Shown: positions 29,448 to 39,877 of the stretch, piece after piece
Layout: the number at the start of each line of letters is the position of its first letter
How positions within the stretch are numbered: position 1 is the first letter of the stretch
DNA from: Verrucomicrobiia bacterium
GTDB lineage: Bacteria; Verrucomicrobiota; Verrucomicrobiia; Limisphaerales; UBA1319
Direction: 5' to 3'
DNA length: 64,000 nt
NCBI GenBank assembly: GCA_963664225.1
Contig: OY760937.1
Location: 4,288,001 to 4,352,000 of the forward strand
Program-made: the position numbers and the translations under genes
Notes under the pieces: generated by a model
Seen by the model: the letters and a program-made list of their open reading frames with translations, nothing else
The model's database searches: none
Told to the model about the DNA's origin: nothing

Positions 29448-30638
29448 ATGTCTCCAAGACCCCTGAATGTTGGTTTGGTTGGCGGCGGCCGCGGCGCTTT
29501 CATCGTCCAGCCCCACCAGAAAGCAATTCATTTCGACGGCACCCGCCGCGTGGTGGCCGGCGCCTTGTTCCCGGATGCCAAGATAGCGATGGAAGAGGCC
29601 GCGAACTGGCCCTATCCCATCAAGGGCTATGCCTCGTATGATGAAATGATCAACGCGCAGGCGACGCTGCCCGCAAGCGAGCGCCTGGATTACATCGTCA
29701 TCGTGACGCCCAATTTCGTGCATTACGATCCGGCCATGAAGGCCCTCAAGGCCGGCATTCCGGTGCTTTGCGAGAAGCCGCTGACCGTGACGCTCAAGGA
29801 GGCCGAGGACATTGTGGCGCTGGTGAAGGAAAAGAATATTCCGTTCGCCGTGGCGCACACTTACCTGGGGCATTGGACGACCCGTTTGTCCCGTTACATT
29901 GTGCAAAGCGGGCTGTTGGGCGAGGTGCGCTGGGTGGATTCCTCCTATATCCAGGGCTGGCTGGCCACCAAGGTTGAGGCGACGGGTCAACAGCAGGCCT
30001 CGTGGCGCGTGGATCCCAAGAAGGCCGGCGGTTCGGGCTGCGGCGGCGATATCGGCACGCACGCTCTCATGCAATTGCGCTACGTGACCGGTCTGGAAGT
30101 CGAAGAGGTTTCCGCGAATCTGGAAATCTTCGTCAAAGGCCGGGCCATCGACGATCATTTCACCGCTTATTGCCACCTGAGCAACGGCGCCCGGGCGCTG
30201 GTGCGGGCCTCGCAAATTGCGATTGGCCACAAGAACGACCTGGCCATTGAAGTGTGCGGAACCAAGGGTTCCCTCCTCTGGCGCCAGGAGGAACCGGAGA
30301 AGGTGGTCATCCAGTTGCTGGGCCAGCCGGATCGCGTTTACTGGCGCGGCGCGGTGACTCCGGGCGATGGTTTCCTGCCGGTGGACATGCCGGCCGATCT
30401 CATGGCCGAGCCGACCATCCCGTCCGGGCATCCCGAGGCGTTCCACGACGCCTATGCGCGCCTGCATCGCTGCTTCGAGGCGGATGTTCGCAAATACCAG
30501 GCGGGCCAGCCCTTCAAGTGCGACGGTTCCAAGTATGCCAATGTCAATGACGGCTGGACCGGCATGGCGTTCATCCAGACCTGCCTGCAAAGCAATGAGC
30601 AGCGGGGCGCCTGGACCACGATGCCCAAGCTGAAGTAG
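29448..30638 (+). CDS. Gfo/Idh/MocA-family oxidoreductase
   Basis: GLVGGGRGAFI, IVTPNFVH, CEKPL, YIQGWL, WRVDP, GDIGTH, PSGHPEAF. Confidence 0.88.
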   Translation: MSPRPLNVGLVGGGRGAFIVQPHQKAIHFDGTRRVVAGALFPDAKIAMEEAANWPYPIKGYASYDEMINAQATLPASERLDYIVIVTPNFVHYDPAMKALKAGIPVLCEKPLTVTLKEAEDIVALVKEKNIPFAVAHTYLGHWTTRLSRYIVQSGLLGEVRWVDSSYIQGWLATKVEATGQQQASWRVDPKKAGGSGCGGDIGTHALMQLRYVTGLEVEEVSANLEIFVKGRAIDDHFTAYCHLSNGARALVRASQIAIGHKNDLAIEVCGTKGSLLWRQEEPEKVVIQLLGQPDRVYWRGAVTPGDGFLPVDMPADLMAEPTIPSGHPEAFHDAYARLHRCFEADVRKYQAGQPFKCDGSKYANVNDGWTGMAFIQTCLQSNEQRGAWTTMPKLK

Positions 30639-30665
30639 TCCAAGGATTCCAATTCAAAAGCTCAC

Positions 30666-30703
30666 AGGCCGGTCTTCCGTAAAAGGGAGGCCGGCCTTTT
30701 TTT
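30666..30703 (+). terminator. Rho-independent terminator
   Basis: AGGCCGGTCTTCC...GGGAGGCCGGCC followed by a T run. Confidence 0.8.
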
Positions 30704-30864
30704 GTTTAACCGCAGAGCGTGCGCAGTTCGCAATGAATACAGGAGGATTTTTCCGCGGTTGACGGAGGCACGCTCATGGAGGGGTGGCATCGAACGACAA
30801 AACGACGGGCGCATGTCCATTCTAAGATTGCCCTTGAGTGTGCGTTAGCCCAATATGCCCGGCT

Positions 30865-33621
30865 ATGTCAGACGCGCGAAGGCAGTATCCGTTTCATTTG
30901 ATTGAACCCAAGTGGCAACAGATTTGGGCGAAAAAAGATGTGTTTCGGGCATGGAATCCCGGGGAGAATATTCCCGCGACTCATCCGTTTGCACAGCGGC
31001 ACGGAGTGGATTCGCGGCAATTGCCGCCCAAATACTACGTCCTCGACATGTTTCCGTACCCCTCCGGGGCGGGTCTGCATGTCGGCCATCCAGAAGGCTA
31101 CACTGCCACGGATATTGTGGCCCGCTACAAACGCGCCCGAGGTTGTAACGTGTTGCATCCCATGGGTTGGGACGCATTTGGTCTGCCCGCCGAGCAGTAT
31201 GCCATCAAGACTGGCCAGCATCCGCGCAAGACGACGGAGGCGAACATCGCGAACTTCAAGCGGCAGATTCAATCGCTGGGATTCAGCTACGATTGGAGCC
31301 GCGAGGTCGATACCACCGATCCGAAGTATTTCCGATGGACGCAGTGGATTTTCCTCAAACTTTATAATTCCTGGTTCAATCCGGCAACGAACAAGGCCGA
31401 ACCCATCGAGACGCTGGTCTATCCCGCAGACGTCGTGTCAGCGGAAGCGCGCCGGGCGTATCGGGATGGCAAGAGGCTGGCCTACGTGGCCGAGGCGCCG
31501 GTGAATTGGTGTCCAGAGTTGGGAACCGTGCTGGCGAACGAGGAAGTCATCGACGGCAAGAGCGAGGTGGGCGGATTCCCCGTGGTGCGCAAACCGATGC
31601 GTCAATGGATGCTCCGGATCACGTCTTATGCGGAACGCCTGCTCAACGATTTGGAACTGATCGATTGGACGCCATCGCTCAAGGAAATGCAGCGGCATTG
31701 GATCGGGCGCTCGGAAGGGGCGGAGGTCAATTTCAAGGTCGAGGGCCGGGATACGACCATCACGGTTTTCACCACGCGCGCGGACACTTTGTTTGGGGCC
31801 ACATACATGGTGCTTTCCCCGGAGCACGCTTTGGTGGACCAGATTGCGCCTGCGGCCTGGCCGGCGAACACTCCCAAAGCATGGATGGGGGAGGATTCGG
31901 CGGCTGCGGGGAGCCCGAAAACCGCGATTGCGCGTTACCGGGTTTTCGCAGCAGGCAAGAGCGATCTGGAACGCACCGATCTGGCCAAGGACAAAACCGG
32001 GGTGTTCACGGGCGCGTATGCCATCAACCCGGTGAACAACGAGCGGATTCCCATCTGGATTGCCGACTACGTGCTGGCCACCTATGGAACCGGAGCGATC
32101 ATGGCCGTGCCCGCGCACGACAGCCGCGACCTGGAGTTTGCCCAAAAATTCAACCTGCCGGTGCGCATCGTCGTGCAGGCGCCTGATCCCGATAAATCGA
32201 TCGGTTTCGTGGACGACGGCACAGCGGTCAATTCGGGTTTTCTCAATGGACTGCCGACGCCCCAGGCCACAAAGAAAATGATCGCCTGGCTCGAGGAGCA
32301 CAAATGCGGTGCATTGCGTGTGAATTTCAAACTGCGCGACTGGCTTTTCAGCCGTCAACGCTACTGGGGCGAGCCGTTTCCCATTGTCTGGAAAAACGGC
32401 GGGCACCAGGCACTCGATGAAAAGGCCCTGCCGTTAATGCCCCCGGTTCTGGACGATTACAAGCCGACCACGGATGGTCAGCCACCGCTGGCGCGCGCGA
32501 CGGATTGGGTGAAGCTGCCGGATGGCGCCGTGCGGGAAACCAATACCATGCCGCAATGGGCGGGCAGTTGCTGGTATTATCTGCGTTATCTGGATGCCAC
32601 CAATGCGACGGCATTCTGCGGGACGGAGGCGGAACGCTACTGGATGGGCACCAATTCCAACCCCAAGGCCAGCGCCGCAGTGATGGTCACGCCTGGAGTG
32701 GATTTGTATGTGGGCGGCACGGAGCACGCCGTGTTGCATCTGCTTTACGCGCGTTTCTGGCACAAGGTGTTGTTCGATTGCGGATTGGTCTCCACACCGG
32801 AACCGTTTTTCAAGCTGGTCAACCAGGGTTTGATCCTGGGCGAGGACGGCCAGAAGATGTCCAAGTCCCGTGGAAACGTCATCAACCCGGATGTGGTCGT
32901 CGAGGAATTCGGCGCGGACGCCTTCCGGTTGTACGAGATGTTCATGGGACCGTTGGAGATGGTCAAACCCTGGAGCACGCGCGGTGTCAAAGGCGTGTAT
33001 GGATTCCTGGGACGCGTCTGGCGGCTTTTTGTGGACGAGGGGAGCGAACGGGATTTCGAGGAAGCCCAAACCCTGGGCGCGGCGAGCGATCCGACCATAC
33101 TTGAGAAACTCGAGCTCAGAACCGATATCCGGGACGTTCCGCCAAGCCCCGAGCAACTCAAGACGCTCCACATCTGCATCAAGAAAGTGACCGAGGACAT
33201 GGAGGCGCTGCGGTTCAATACGGCGATCTCCGCCCTGATGATGTTTGTGAACGAAGCGATTGCGTGGCCGGTGAAACCGCGCTCCACAATGCGCACCTTC
33301 CTGGTATTGCTCCAACCGCTGGCCCCGCACCTGGCCGAGGAACTCAACGCCCTGATGGCTGGAGATCTACAGCCCGGGACATTGGCCTACGAACCCTGGC
33401 CCAAATTCGATGCGGCCCTGATGGTGGAGGACGTGGTGGAAATACCGGTGCAGGTCAATGGCAAATTGCGGGGCCGCATCTCGGTACCCGCCAATGCGGA
33501 CAATGCGCAGATCGAAGCCGCCGCGCTGGCCAACGAGTCGGTCAAACCGTTCATCGATGGCAAGACCGTCAAGAAAGTGATCGTGGTTCCCAAAAAGATC
33601 GTGAATATTGCGGTGGCTTGA
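30865..33621 (+). CDS. leuS: Leucine--tRNA ligase
   Basis: [14 protein letters not shown] (HIGH), [10 protein letters not shown], editing-domain VFTTR and [23 protein letters not shown]. Confidence 0.97.
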   Translation: MSDARRQYPFHLIEPKWQQIWAKKDVFRAWNPGENIPATHPFAQRHGVDSRQLPPKYYVLDMFPYPSGAGLHVGHPEGYTATDIVARYKRARGCNVLHPMGWDAFGLPAEQYAIKTGQHPRKTTEANIANFKRQIQSLGFSYDWSREVDTTDPKYFRWTQWIFLKLYNSWFNPATNKAEPIETLVYPADVVSAEARRAYRDGKRLAYVAEAPVNWCPELGTVLANEEVIDGKSEVGGFPVVRKPMRQWMLRITSYAERLLNDLELIDWTPSLKEMQRHWIGRSEGAEVNFKVEGRDTTITVFTTRADTLFGATYMVLSPEHALVDQIAPAAWPANTPKAWMGEDSAAAGSPKTAIARYRVFAAGKSDLERTDLAKDKTGVFTGAYAINPVNNERIPIWIADYVLATYGTGAIMAVPAHDSRDLEFAQKFNLPVRIVVQAPDPDKSIGFVDDGTAVNSGFLNGLPTPQATKKMIAWLEEHKCGALRVNFKLRDWLFSRQRYWGEPFPIVWKNGGHQALDEKALPLMPPVLDDYKPTTDGQPPLARATDWVKLPDGAVRETNTMPQWAGSCWYYLRYLDATNATAFCGTEAERYWMGTNSNPKASAAVMVTPGVDLYVGGTEHAVLHLLYARFWHKVLFDCGLVSTPEPFFKLVNQGLILGEDGQKMSKSRGNVINPDVVVEEFGADAFRLYEMFMGPLEMVKPWSTRGVKGVYGFLGRVWRLFVDEGSERDFEEAQTLGAASDPTILEKLELRTDIRDVPPSPEQLKTLHICIKKVTEDMEALRFNTAISALMMFVNEAIAWPVKPRSTMRTFLVLLQPLAPHLAEELNALMAGDLQPGTLAYEPWPKFDAALMVEDVVEIPVQVNGKLRGRISVPANADNAQIEAAALANESVKPFIDGKTVKKVIVVPKKIVNIAVA

Positions 33622-33663
33622 GAATATCAAGCGTTTAGTATGGGCTCGGTCTGGGCCATTGAG

Positions 33664-33795
33664 ATGTCACATCTAACCAAACAAGAAGTATGGGTGCTGG
33701 TCACCGTGCTGTCCCTGCTGCTGTTGGGGTTGGCGGTCAAGACCTACCGCCTCTCTCATCCACCGACGCCCAGCGGAATCGTGGCCAAACCATAG
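33664..33795 (+). CDS. 43-aa single-TM small protein (below the ORF-track cutoff)
   Basis: MSHLTKQEVWVLVTVLSLLLLGLAVKTYRLSHPPTPSGIVAKP; its TAG directly abuts the next ATG at 33796. Confidence 0.6.
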   Translation: MSHLTKQEVWVLVTVLSLLLLGLAVKTYRLSHPPTPSGIVAKP

Positions 33796-34218
33796 ATGCC
33801 CATGGAAGAACTCAATTTCAACGAAGTGCTGGATAAGATTGTGGCTGCGGATCCGCGTTACCGTCGTGAGGCCTACGACTTTGTGAGGGAGGCATTGGAT
33901 TTCACCCAGAAGGTTGTGGCCCAAAGTGCAAAAGGCGCAAAACGGCATGTCAAAGGCCAGGAATTGCTGGCAGGCATACGCGATTTCGCCCTGGCCCAAT
34001 ATGGCCCGATGGCCCTGACCGTTCTTGAGGAATGGGGCATCCGCCGCTGCGAGGATTTTGGCGAGATTGTTTTTAATCTCATCGAGATCGGCATTCTGAG
34101 CAAAACCCCCGAAGACAGCAGGGACGATTTCAAAGATGGCTACGATTTCATCAAGGCCTTCAAGGAACCATTTTTACCCAGGGTTAAAATAACGACCCCT
34201 TCGAAGGGCGCGGAGTAA
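33796..34218 (+). CDS. Minf_1886-type protein (Verrucomicrobia/Planctomycetes-restricted family)
   Basis: DPRYRREAYDFVREALD, HVKGQELL, YGPMA..VLEEWGI, EDFGEIVFNL, DSRDDF. Confidence 0.8.
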   Translation: MPMEELNFNEVLDKIVAADPRYRREAYDFVREALDFTQKVVAQSAKGAKRHVKGQELLAGIRDFALAQYGPMALTVLEEWGIRRCEDFGEIVFNLIEIGILSKTPEDSRDDFKDGYDFIKAFKEPFLPRVKITTPSKGAE

Positions 34219-34236
34219 ATTTTCATCGGAGATCGT

Positions 34237-35505
34237 GTGCCAGTCATTGAAATCATCAACACGGGGACGGAGCTGTTGCTGGGGCGGGTGCTCAATACGC
34301 ACCATCAGTGGTTGTGCCGTCAATTAACCAGACTGGGCTACGAAATCAGCCGTCAGACGACGATTGCCGACACCGGGTTGGCGATCCAGCAAGCCGTTCG
34401 TGAATCGTTGGGGCGCGCGGAGGTGGTCATAGTCACCGGCGGATTGGGGCCGACTTCGGATGACCTGACGCGTGACTATATCGCAAAGCTTCTGGGGCTG
34501 TCGCTGCGCATGGATGATTCTGTTCTGGCGGCCATCGAGGGATTCTACAGGACGCTGGATCGTCCCATGCCGCCCACCACGCGTGTGCAGGCCATGGTCC
34601 CGGAAGGGGCGCTTGTGCTGGCCAACGACGCTGGGACTGCGCCAGGCCTGGCCATCGATGTGGCCTCCGGGATGTTTCGTTCGGAGCCGCGCCCGTCCTT
34701 GTTGATTTTGCTGCCCGGGCCGCCGCGCGAATTGTATCCCATGTTCACCGGGAAGGCCCTTCCCGTGATTCTGAAAAAATACCCCCTGTGCGCGCCGTTT
34801 CATTCAGTGACGCTCAAAACGGCTTGCATGGGCGAATCGGCCATCGAAGAGCTGCTGGGACAGAGCCTTGATGGATTGGTCGCGCAGGGTTTGGAAGTGG
34901 GCTATTGCGCCAGAATCGGCGAGGTGGAAGTGCGTTTGGGGGCAGGTGGTTCTGAGGCCACAGCCTTGGTGGACCGCGCGGTGGAAATCGTTCGTGGAGA
35001 ATTACCGCCCTGCATATTTGGAACCGGCGACGACCGTTTGGAGGAAGTGGTGGTTCGGCTGTTGACAGAACGCAAGCAAACGCTCGCCACAGCAGAATCC
35101 TGCACAGGCGGACTGGTGAGCCACCGGATTACGAATGTCCCCGGTGCTTCCGCAGTGCTGATGTGCGGTTTGGTGACTTACAGTAACGAGTCCAAGGTGC
35201 GGTTATTGGGGGTTCCGTCAGAAACCATCGAAGCGCATGGCGCGGTGAGCGAAGCGACCGCGCGGGCGATGGCGGAGGGTGCGCGTCAGCATTACGGTGT
35301 GGATTATTCCGTGGCGGTGACGGGCATCGCGGGTCCGGGTGGCGGTTCCGTGGAGAAACCCGTGGGCACGGTGTTTATTGCGGTTGGTTCCGCCAGCGGC
35401 ACGACGGTCTGGCATCGGATGAACCGCTGGGACCGTGAGACTTTCAAACAAGCCGCCTCGCAGCAGGCGTTGGAGCTCCTGAGACAGACGCTTTTGCGGC
35501 ATTAA
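34237..35505 (+). CDS. cinA: Competence/damage-inducible protein CinA (NMN deamidase)
   Basis: GTELLLG, TGGLGPTSDDLT, GTAPG, LPGPPRE, TAESCTGG, HGAVS, TGIAGPGGG..EKPVGTV. Confidence 0.93.
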   Translation: MPVIEIINTGTELLLGRVLNTHHQWLCRQLTRLGYEISRQTTIADTGLAIQQAVRESLGRAEVVIVTGGLGPTSDDLTRDYIAKLLGLSLRMDDSVLAAIEGFYRTLDRPMPPTTRVQAMVPEGALVLANDAGTAPGLAIDVASGMFRSEPRPSLLILLPGPPRELYPMFTGKALPVILKKYPLCAPFHSVTLKTACMGESAIEELLGQSLDGLVAQGLEVGYCARIGEVEVRLGAGGSEATALVDRAVEIVRGELPPCIFGTGDDRLEEVVVRLLTERKQTLATAESCTGGLVSHRITNVPGASAVLMCGLVTYSNESKVRLLGVPSETIEAHGAVSEATARAMAEGARQHYGVDYSVAVTGIAGPGGGSVEKPVGTVFIAVGSASGTTVWHRMNRWDRETFKQAASQQALELLRQTLLRH

Positions 35506-35563
35506 AAATCCGGGAAATTACTGGACCCAAAAGCGCAGTCTGGACTATTACTGAGTCACAGAC

Positions 35564-36982
35564 ATGAACACAGAAGCGCTTTACCAGGAACGCCTCAACC
35601 GGTATCTCACGGCCATGAGGAACGAAAAGCCGGATCGCATTCCCATCCGCCCATTCGTCGCCGAGTTTACAGCCAAATACGCGGGGTATTCCTGCCAGGA
35701 GGTTGTTCATGATTATGAAAAGGCCTTTTCGGCGGCGCGTAAATGCGCGGCGGATTACGATTGGGATGCCGTGGTTTCCAACATGGTGTATGTGTGGACC
35801 GGCCTTTCGCAGGCCATTGGCCTTCGCTATTATGGAATTCCGGGCATCGGTGTGCCGCCCAACATGGGATTCCAATACATCGAACCGCCCGAGGACAAGG
35901 CGTTCATGCGACCCGACGAGTATGATCATCTGATCGACGATCCCACCGATTTTCTCTTCAACGTCTGGCTGCCCCGTGTTTCCACGGAGGTCTGCGGCAT
36001 TGGCGAGCCCTCCACCTACCGCAACAACCTGTCGTTCCTCAAAGGCGGCATGGCGATGATGTCCTATTTCAACGCCTTTGGCCGGCAGAATGCCTTGTTG
36101 CGTTCAGAGTCGGGAACGGTTTCTGCAATTGCGGGAATCTTCAAGGCGCCCTTTGACATTATCGCGGACAAGATGCGCGGGTATGTGGGGTTGACGATGG
36201 ATATGTTCGAGCGGCCCGAAAAGGTTCTCGCCGCCTGCGAGGCGCTCATGCCCCATTTGTTGAATGTGGCCATGACGAGCGCTGATCCCGCCAGACAGGT
36301 GCCGATTGGTTACTGGATGCACCGGGGCTGTGTTCCCTTCGTTTCGCGCAAGACTTTCGACACGCATTACTGGCCAACGGTCAAGCCGATCATCGAGGAG
36401 CTTTGGAAGAACGGTCATCAAACCCTTTTCTATTCTGAAGGTGACTGGACGTCGCATCTGGACAGCTTCGCCGAATTGCCGGATTGCAGCATTGTGTATC
36501 ATGTGGACCGGGGAGATATCTTCAAAACCCACCAAAAGCTCGGTCACAAGTTCTGCCTGAGCGGCGGAATTCCCAACATGTTGTTAAGTTACGGGAAACC
36601 GGACGAGGTGCGCGATTACTGCAGGAAGGTCATCGACGGCGTGGCCGCGGACGGAGGCTACATCATGGACGCATCGGCAATCATGCAGAATGACACCAGC
36701 ATTGAAAACCTGCGCGCGATGACAGAATTCACCCGCGAATACGGGGTGTATTCGGACGGACGCTCGCGATCGTTGGCGCCTGCACCGACCACGCTTCCAC
36801 AGGGGATTGGTATGCCCCACACGGCGAACACGAAGAAGCAGCCCGGCGTCTGTATGCCCTGGGAGGAAAAGTGCAGGGAACTGCCCGAGATCACGGGTGA
36901 CCGGGAATTGATGCGGCGCATCTGGCAGGACATCGACAGCCTGGGCAATATGTATATCTGGCAGGTCTTGCTGAGTTTTTGA
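35564..36982 (+). CDS. Uroporphyrinogen decarboxylase / MtaA-like methyltransferase family protein
   Basis: EKPDRIPI, APFDIIAD.MRG, HRGCVPF, FYSEG, CLSGGIP, DGGYIMD. Confidence 0.75.
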   Translation: MNTEALYQERLNRYLTAMRNEKPDRIPIRPFVAEFTAKYAGYSCQEVVHDYEKAFSAARKCAADYDWDAVVSNMVYVWTGLSQAIGLRYYGIPGIGVPPNMGFQYIEPPEDKAFMRPDEYDHLIDDPTDFLFNVWLPRVSTEVCGIGEPSTYRNNLSFLKGGMAMMSYFNAFGRQNALLRSESGTVSAIAGIFKAPFDIIADKMRGYVGLTMDMFERPEKVLAACEALMPHLLNVAMTSADPARQVPIGYWMHRGCVPFVSRKTFDTHYWPTVKPIIEELWKNGHQTLFYSEGDWTSHLDSFAELPDCSIVYHVDRGDIFKTHQKLGHKFCLSGGIPNMLLSYGKPDEVRDYCRKVIDGVAADGGYIMDASAIMQNDTSIENLRAMTEFTREYGVYSDGRSRSLAPAPTTLPQGIGMPHTANTKKQPGVCMPWEEKCRELPEITGDRELMRRIWQDIDSLGNMYIWQVLLSF

Positions 36983-37107
36983 GGGACTGATGCGGTTATT
37001 GGAGAGGGCGAACGACGCAACTGTGTGTGTGCACAATGTCGCGCCTGTCGTGCGGTAACTGGCGCCTGATGGTTCCGGCGAAGCGGGATCAGCCGGTTTC
37101 GACCACG

Positions 37108-37539
37108 TCAGAATCCAAGCTCCACTTTCAGCGCAACCAACGACACGTTCAGGTCCTGGAGAAAGTACAACAACGAAGCTATCAGGGAAACCAGGCACGC
37201 CACGAATAAAACCGCTGCAAGGGTTACAACCTCCACCCGCAAAAATGCGGCGAGAAACAAGGCGATCACAAGGAGCGCAGCCATGAGGACGCTCACGGCG
37301 GCAAAAGCCACCGCTGCCCGAAGCAATCGCGCGCGCCGGAAAAGGATATGGAGCTGAGATTCCATGCGAGCCCGCTCAGGCTCAGGCGCCTCACGCAGCG
37401 CCGCACCCATCTGACGGGACCGGTCCACCACTCTGCCAAAGCGATTGGTGATCGACAGAATCAACAATCCGACACCAGAAATGAGGATCACTGGACTGAC
37501 GGCCGCCTGTAGAATCGATAGTAATTCAGCAAATCGCAT
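37108..37539 (-). CDS. DUF2721-like membrane protein
   Basis: LQAAVSPVILISGVGLLILSITNRFGRVVDRSR; three TM helices. Confidence 0.75.
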   Translation of the reverse strand: MRFAELLSILQAAVSPVILISGVGLLILSITNRFGRVVDRSRQMGAALREAPEPERARMESQLHILFRRARLLRAAVAFAAVSVLMAALLVIALFLAAFLRVEVVTLAAVLFVACLVSLIASLLYFLQDLNVSLVALKVELGF

Positions 37540-37637
37540 ATAGAAAAGCCTGCCGGGCACCCTGCCGCCCATTTTGCCAACACAAAGCACTGACCCAGCT
37601 TATACAATACACGGGTTGCCTGAATATTTCCAGTTGA

Positions 37638-37801
37638 ACCCGAAATCCGAAATAAGAAATACGAATGGTCAAGACGATGCAATGCTTTGAGACAGCCATG
37701 ATTTGCAATCGGCGAAGGTGTATTAAACCAATACTCCACAGCCGGTTTCAAACCATGGATGGCCAAATGATTGCGTCAGATGGGCCGTTCCTATTTCGGG
37801 T
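37638..37801. mobile_element. 164-bp MITE, copy 2 (intron-free)
   Basis: Same core as 5098-5261; ACCCG...CGGGT ends; 3-bp duplication TGA at 37635-37637 and 37802-37804. Confidence 0.85.
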
Positions 37802-37893
37802 TGAAGGCACGTCGTCCCGGATTTGCCGCGTCGCCAGCGAAAGCCATTGACTTGAGCGGGTGCTGCCAATATCAATTTGAAAAACCCTGAGCT

Positions 37894-38910
37894 ATGATCA
37901 TTGTCGAATCCTATCCTATTGCTGTGGCGATGTGCGTCATTACCATGTTGTGCTGGGGTTCCTGGGCCAATACCCAGAAACTGGCCACGAAGGAATGGCG
38001 ATTTCAATTGTTTTACTGGGACTATGCCATCGGCGTGTTTTTGCTGTCGCTGATCCTGGCCTTTACGATGGGCAGCACGGGCGCGGGAGGGCGGGGATTT
38101 CTGGCGGATTTGCAGCAGGCCGATATCCATTGGTTGGGATCGGCATTCCTGGGCGGGGTGATCTTCAATCTGTCGAACATTCTTCTGGTGGCCGCCATTG
38201 ATATTGCGGGAATGGCCGTGGCTTTTCCGGTGGGGGTGGGGTTGGCGCTGGCGCTGGGGGTGATCACGACTTATGTGGCCAAACCCGAGGGCAATTCAAC
38301 CATGCTGGCGGCGGGTGTGGCGGCGGTGGCCGTTGCCATTGTTCTGGACGCGCTGGCTTATAAGAAGCTTGCCTCCGGCAGTCAAAAGACGCCGTTTAAA
38401 GGCATCGCACTGTCGGTCGTGGCGGGCGTTCTCATGGGTTTCTTCTATAGTTTTGTGGCCAATTCGATGGGGAAGTTGACGCCGAATGGCGGTGCAATGC
38501 TGTTGGAAGCCCACAAGCTGAGTCCTTATACGGCGATCGTCGTGTTTTCAACCGGATTGCTCCTCTCGAATGTTCTGTGGAACAGCCTGGTGATGGTAAA
38601 ACCGTTCTCGGGGCCGCCGGTACCTTTCGGTGACTATTTTTCAAAGGGCAGCCTTCGCCTCCACGCGATTGGAATTCTGGGTGGCATGATTTGGAACCTG
38701 GGCATGTCCTTTAGCATCATCGCCTCCACAGCGGCGGGCGCGGCGCTTTCCTACGGGCTGGGGCAGGGGGCGACCATGATCGGAGCCTTCTGGGGAGTCT
38801 TCATTTGGAAGGAATTCAAGGGCGCGCCTGCGGGCACGAACAAGCTCCTCGGCGCCATGTTTGTGTTTTACCTGGTGGGTCTTGCCATTTTGATCAGCTC
38901 GAAGTTGTGA
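37894..38910 (+). CDS. DMT-superfamily sugar transporter (GRP-type, probably ribose-related)
   Basis: [46 protein letters not shown]; upstream of ribokinase. Confidence 0.8.
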   Translation: MIIVESYPIAVAMCVITMLCWGSWANTQKLATKEWRFQLFYWDYAIGVFLLSLILAFTMGSTGAGGRGFLADLQQADIHWLGSAFLGGVIFNLSNILLVAAIDIAGMAVAFPVGVGLALALGVITTYVAKPEGNSTMLAAGVAAVAVAIVLDALAYKKLASGSQKTPFKGIALSVVAGVLMGFFYSFVANSMGKLTPNGGAMLLEAHKLSPYTAIVVFSTGLLLSNVLWNSLVMVKPFSGPPVPFGDYFSKGSLRLHAIGILGGMIWNLGMSFSIIASTAAGAALSYGLGQGATMIGAFWGVFIWKEFKGAPAGTNKLLGAMFVFYLVGLAILISSKL

Positions 38911-38951
38911 TCCGTCCAAAAGTGTCTAAAGATTCGAACATCGCATTGCGT

Positions 38952-39869
38952 ATGGCTAACAAACAAATCGTCGTCGTCGGCAGTTCCAACACGGACATGA
39001 TCATCAAGCTGGATCGCATACCGCGACCCGGCGAAACGATTCTGGGCGGCGAATTTGTCATGGCCGCCGGAGGCAAGGGCGCGAACCAGGCGGTCGCGGC
39101 GGCACGGGCGGGCGGTGCGGTTACGCTCGTGGCCAAGGTGGGCGGAGACGTTTTTGGCGCGCAAGCCGTGGAAGGGTTTAAGAAGGACAAGATCGACGTC
39201 CAATACGTGTTCAAAGACAGGCAGGCCCCCTCGGGTGTGGCTTTGATCTTTGTGGCCAAAGACGGCGAAAACAGCATTGCGGTGGCCTCCGGTTCCAACG
39301 GGCGGTTAATGCCCGGAGACTTGAAGAAGGCCAAAGCCGCGATTTCCAGCGCGTCCACATTGGTGATGCAATTGGAAACGCCGTTGGAGACAGTTCGCAC
39401 CGCCGCGGAAATCGCCGCGAAGAAAGGTGTGCGTGTGATCTTGAATCCCGCACCCGCGCGGAAACTCGATGACGCCCTTTTAAAGTTAATCACCATCATC
39501 ACCCCCAACGAGACCGAGGCCGAACTGCTCACTGGCATTCCTGTCAAAGATGAGGCGGGGGCGTCCAAAGCCGCCGCTGCGCTTCTGGCCAAAGGGGTGC
39601 AAACGGTCATCATCACGCTGGGAGCGCGTGGCGCTTTTGTCGCTTCCAGCGAGTTCTATCAGATGGTGACGGGATTCAAGGTCAAACCCGTGGATACCAC
39701 CGCGGCAGGCGATGTCTTTAACGGCGCGCTCGCTGTGGCCCTGACCCAAGGGATGCCGATGCTCGAAGCAGTGCGCTTTGCCAATGCCGCCGGGGCGTTA
39801 TCCACCACCAAATTGGGCGCGCAACCCTCGGCGCCCAAGCGTGGCGAGATTCTCAAAATGCTGAAGTGA
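38952..39869 (+). CDS. rbsK: Ribokinase
   Basis: [52 protein letters not shown]. Confidence 0.93.
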   Translation: MANKQIVVVGSSNTDMIIKLDRIPRPGETILGGEFVMAAGGKGANQAVAAARAGGAVTLVAKVGGDVFGAQAVEGFKKDKIDVQYVFKDRQAPSGVALIFVAKDGENSIAVASGSNGRLMPGDLKKAKAAISSASTLVMQLETPLETVRTAAEIAAKKGVRVILNPAPARKLDDALLKLITIITPNETEAELLTGIPVKDEAGASKAAAALLAKGVQTVIITLGARGAFVASSEFYQMVTGFKVKPVDTTAAGDVFNGALAVALTQGMPMLEAVRFANAAGALSTTKLGAQPSAPKRGEILKMLK

Positions 39870-39877
39870 TCGCCGTT

